From: a bacterium
GTDB lineage: Bacteria; Krumholzibacteriota; Krumholzibacteriia; LZORAL124-64-63
Length of the DNA: 58,309 bases
Assembly: GCA_031441465.1 (NCBI GenBank)
Contig: JANOEP010000032.1
Location: forward strand, 1 to 58,309
Reading direction: 5' to 3'
A program made the translations under genes and the position numbers. Numbering within the stretch: the first letter of the stretch is position 1; each line of letters begins with the position of its first letter. The notes beneath the pieces were generated by a model. The model did no database searches. It was not told the DNA's origin and worked only from the letters and a program-made list of their open reading frames with translations. Below, one piece after another: positions 56,484 through 58,309 of this stretch.

Positions 56484-57610
56484 GCGCCTTCCCCGGTCAG
56501 GTTCTCGGGATTCAGCCCCGCCAGTTCCGGCAGGACGAAACGCCCGTCCCGGCGCACCGTCACGCCGTCGAAGAGGATCTCCCCCCCGCCCCACGCCGGC
56601 GTCTGGATGCAGACGAGGTCCCAGTGCACGGCGCTGTGGTTGCCGTTGTCGGTGGCCGCGTAGGCCTGCCCGGGCGTCAGGTGGAAGGACCCGCCGATCT
56701 TCTCGTCGAAGAGCGTGTCCAGCAGGGGCGCGGTGATGTGCGGGTTGACGCCCAGGGCGAACTCGCCGAAGAAGCGGGCGCCCTCGTCGGTGTCCAGGAT
56801 CTCGTTCAGCTTCGCGACGTCGCCGTCGCACGTCGCCTCGACGATCTTCCCGGCACGGCAGACGAAGCGCACGTTGCGGAACAGCGAGCCGCTGCGCATG
56901 GTCGCGGTGTTGTAGGCGATCGTGCCCTCGACCGAGTCGCGCACCGGGCAGGAGTAGACCTCGCCGTCGGGCACGTTGCGGTGGCCGTCGCACTTGACGG
57001 CGCCGATCCCCTTGAGGCTGAAGCGCAGGTCGGTGCCCGGGCCGCGGATCTCCACGCGGTCGGTGCGGCACAGCAGGTCGTGCAGGGGGTCCATGGCGGC
57101 GGACATCCGCGCATAGTCGAGGCCGCAGACGCGGAAATAGAAGTCCTCGAAGGCCTCGGTCGGCTGCTCGGCCGCGATGGCCATGCTCGGGTTCGGGTAG
57201 CGCAGCACGACCCACTTCTTCTCGTTGACGCGCACCGAGTGCACCTCGTCCCAGTAGGCCTGCGCGTACCAGCGGGCCCGCTCGGGGTCGACGTCCTTGT
57301 GGTCGAAGGGGTTGCTGCTGCCGCGGATCGCGATGTAGCAGTCGGCGTCCTGCATGATGCGCTTGTGGAAGGCCGCCCAGCGCTCGAACTGCGCCTGCGA
57401 GGCGCGGCGCACGAAGGGCCGCGAGACGTCCTCGTCGTTGTAGTACCAGAACGGGACACCGCCCACCTCGGTGACGGCGCGGATGATCTCGCGCCCGAGG
57501 TCGAGCGTCTCGACCCCCTTCAGCTCGAGGTAGACGACCTCGCCGGGCTGGACGCGGACGCTGTAGTGGACGAGCTGTTCGGCGAGCTTGGCGTGACGGG
57601 GATCCTTCAT
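56480..57610 (-). CDS. M29-family aminopeptidase (AmpS/AmpT/PepS)
   Basis: NVPDGEV, GEFALG, LFDEKIGGSFH, SAVHWD. Confidence 0.94.
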   Translation of the reverse strand: MKDPRHAKLAEQLVHYSVRVQPGEVVYLELKGVETLDLGREIIRAVTEVGGVPFWYYNDEDVSRPFVRRASQAQFERWAAFHKRIMQDADCYIAIRGSSNPFDHKDVDPERARWYAQAYWDEVHSVRVNEKKWVVLRYPNPSMAIAAEQPTEAFEDFYFRVCGLDYARMSAAMDPLHDLLCRTDRVEIRGPGTDLRFSLKGIGAVKCDGHRNVPDGEVYSCPVRDSVEGTIAYNTATMRSGSLFRNVRFVCRAGKIVEATCDGDVAKLNEILDTDEGARFFGEFALGVNPHITAPLLDTLFDEKIGGSFHLTPGQAYAATDNGNHSAVHWDLVCIQTPAWGGGEILFDGVTVRRDGRFVLPELAGLNPENLTGEGA

Positions 57611-57741
57611 GTCGCTGCTTTCCTCCCGGCGTGGGGTTGCGGTCACGATAAGGCCCCGGCGGGGCGGCGTCGAGCCGGAATCCCGGTTTACAGGCCGGCG
57701 CCGGCGGCTATCTTGGAACCGTCATCCACTCGGGAGGCGAC

Positions 57742-58191
57742 ATGGACCACCGCGGTTTCACCCCGCCCGCCGGCATGGCCGGCCGCGTCGACCACATCGG
57801 CATCGCCGTCACGGACCTCGATGCGGGTATCCGGCTCTACAGCGGTCTGCTGGGACTCGAGCTGATCGCCGTGGAGGAGGTGCCCCGCGAGAAGCTGAAA
57901 GTCGCCCTGTTGAAGCTGGACCGCGCGGGCGGCCCGACGTGCGTCGAACTGCTGCAGCCGCTCGATCCCGACAGCAACGTCGGCCGCTTCCTGGAAAAGA
58001 GGGGACCCGGCCTGCACCACGTCGCGTTCGCGGCGCAGGACATGAACGCGGCCCTGGCCGGCTGCCGCGCGGCCGGCCTGCGCCTGCTCAGCGAGGAGCC
58101 GCTGCCGGGCGCCCACGGCAAGCAGGTGGTCTTCCTGCACCCCAAGGACACGGGCGGAGTTCTCATCGAGATTTGCAGCCGGCTCCCTTGA
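57742..58191 (+). CDS. mce: Methylmalonyl-CoA epimerase
   Basis: DHIGIAV, ELLQP, GPGLHHVAF, FLHPKDTGGVLIE; near pcc genes. Confidence 0.92.
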   Translation: MDHRGFTPPAGMAGRVDHIGIAVTDLDAGIRLYSGLLGLELIAVEEVPREKLKVALLKLDRAGGPTCVELLQPLDPDSNVGRFLEKRGPGLHHVAFAAQDMNAALAGCRAAGLRLLSEEPLPGAHGKQVVFLHPKDTGGVLIEICSRLP

Positions 58192-58309
58192 GCGACATGT
58201 GCTTCCCATCGTGACAGGGGTGTCTGGAGGCCTCCAGCGCCAGGGGGGCGCAGGAGGCCGGAAGCCAAACGCTCCGGGCACACGAGGTGCCCCGAGCGCC
58301 TCCCCAGTC

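Overview
High-GC bacterial chromosomal window, mostly core genome. The gene content (FlgD-type C-terminal domain, Bacteroidetes-like envelope genes, fused 2-oxoacid oxidoreductase) suggests a diderm FCB-group anaerobe such as Latescibacterota/Krumholzibacteria; this is inference. It contains: SRP RNA-dnaX-ybaB-recR-(mglB-like); a tRNA cluster (Ala, all four Ser isoacceptors, two Arg-ACG) with tadA; a NikR-regulated ECF nickel-uptake cassette between the two tRNA-Arg copies; a TonB/ExbB/ExbD-lipoprotein-FadL-like barrel-TPR-mnmA-AsmA operon; murB; yifB; a bacterial histone; peptidases; nadA-iscS; purA; tRNA-Leu-tig-clpP-clpX-lon-engB; and a 2-oxoacid/propionyl-CoA catabolic block. The most striking signal is six small proteins with unrelated cores (five with clear signal peptides), scattered over 18 kb, that all end in the same ~17-residue motif, core [ST]W[GS]x[VIL]Kx[LMI][YF]R. 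It looks like a C-terminal protein-sorting/anchoring signal for which I know no characterised machinery. No CRISPR array, integrase or transposase was seen.
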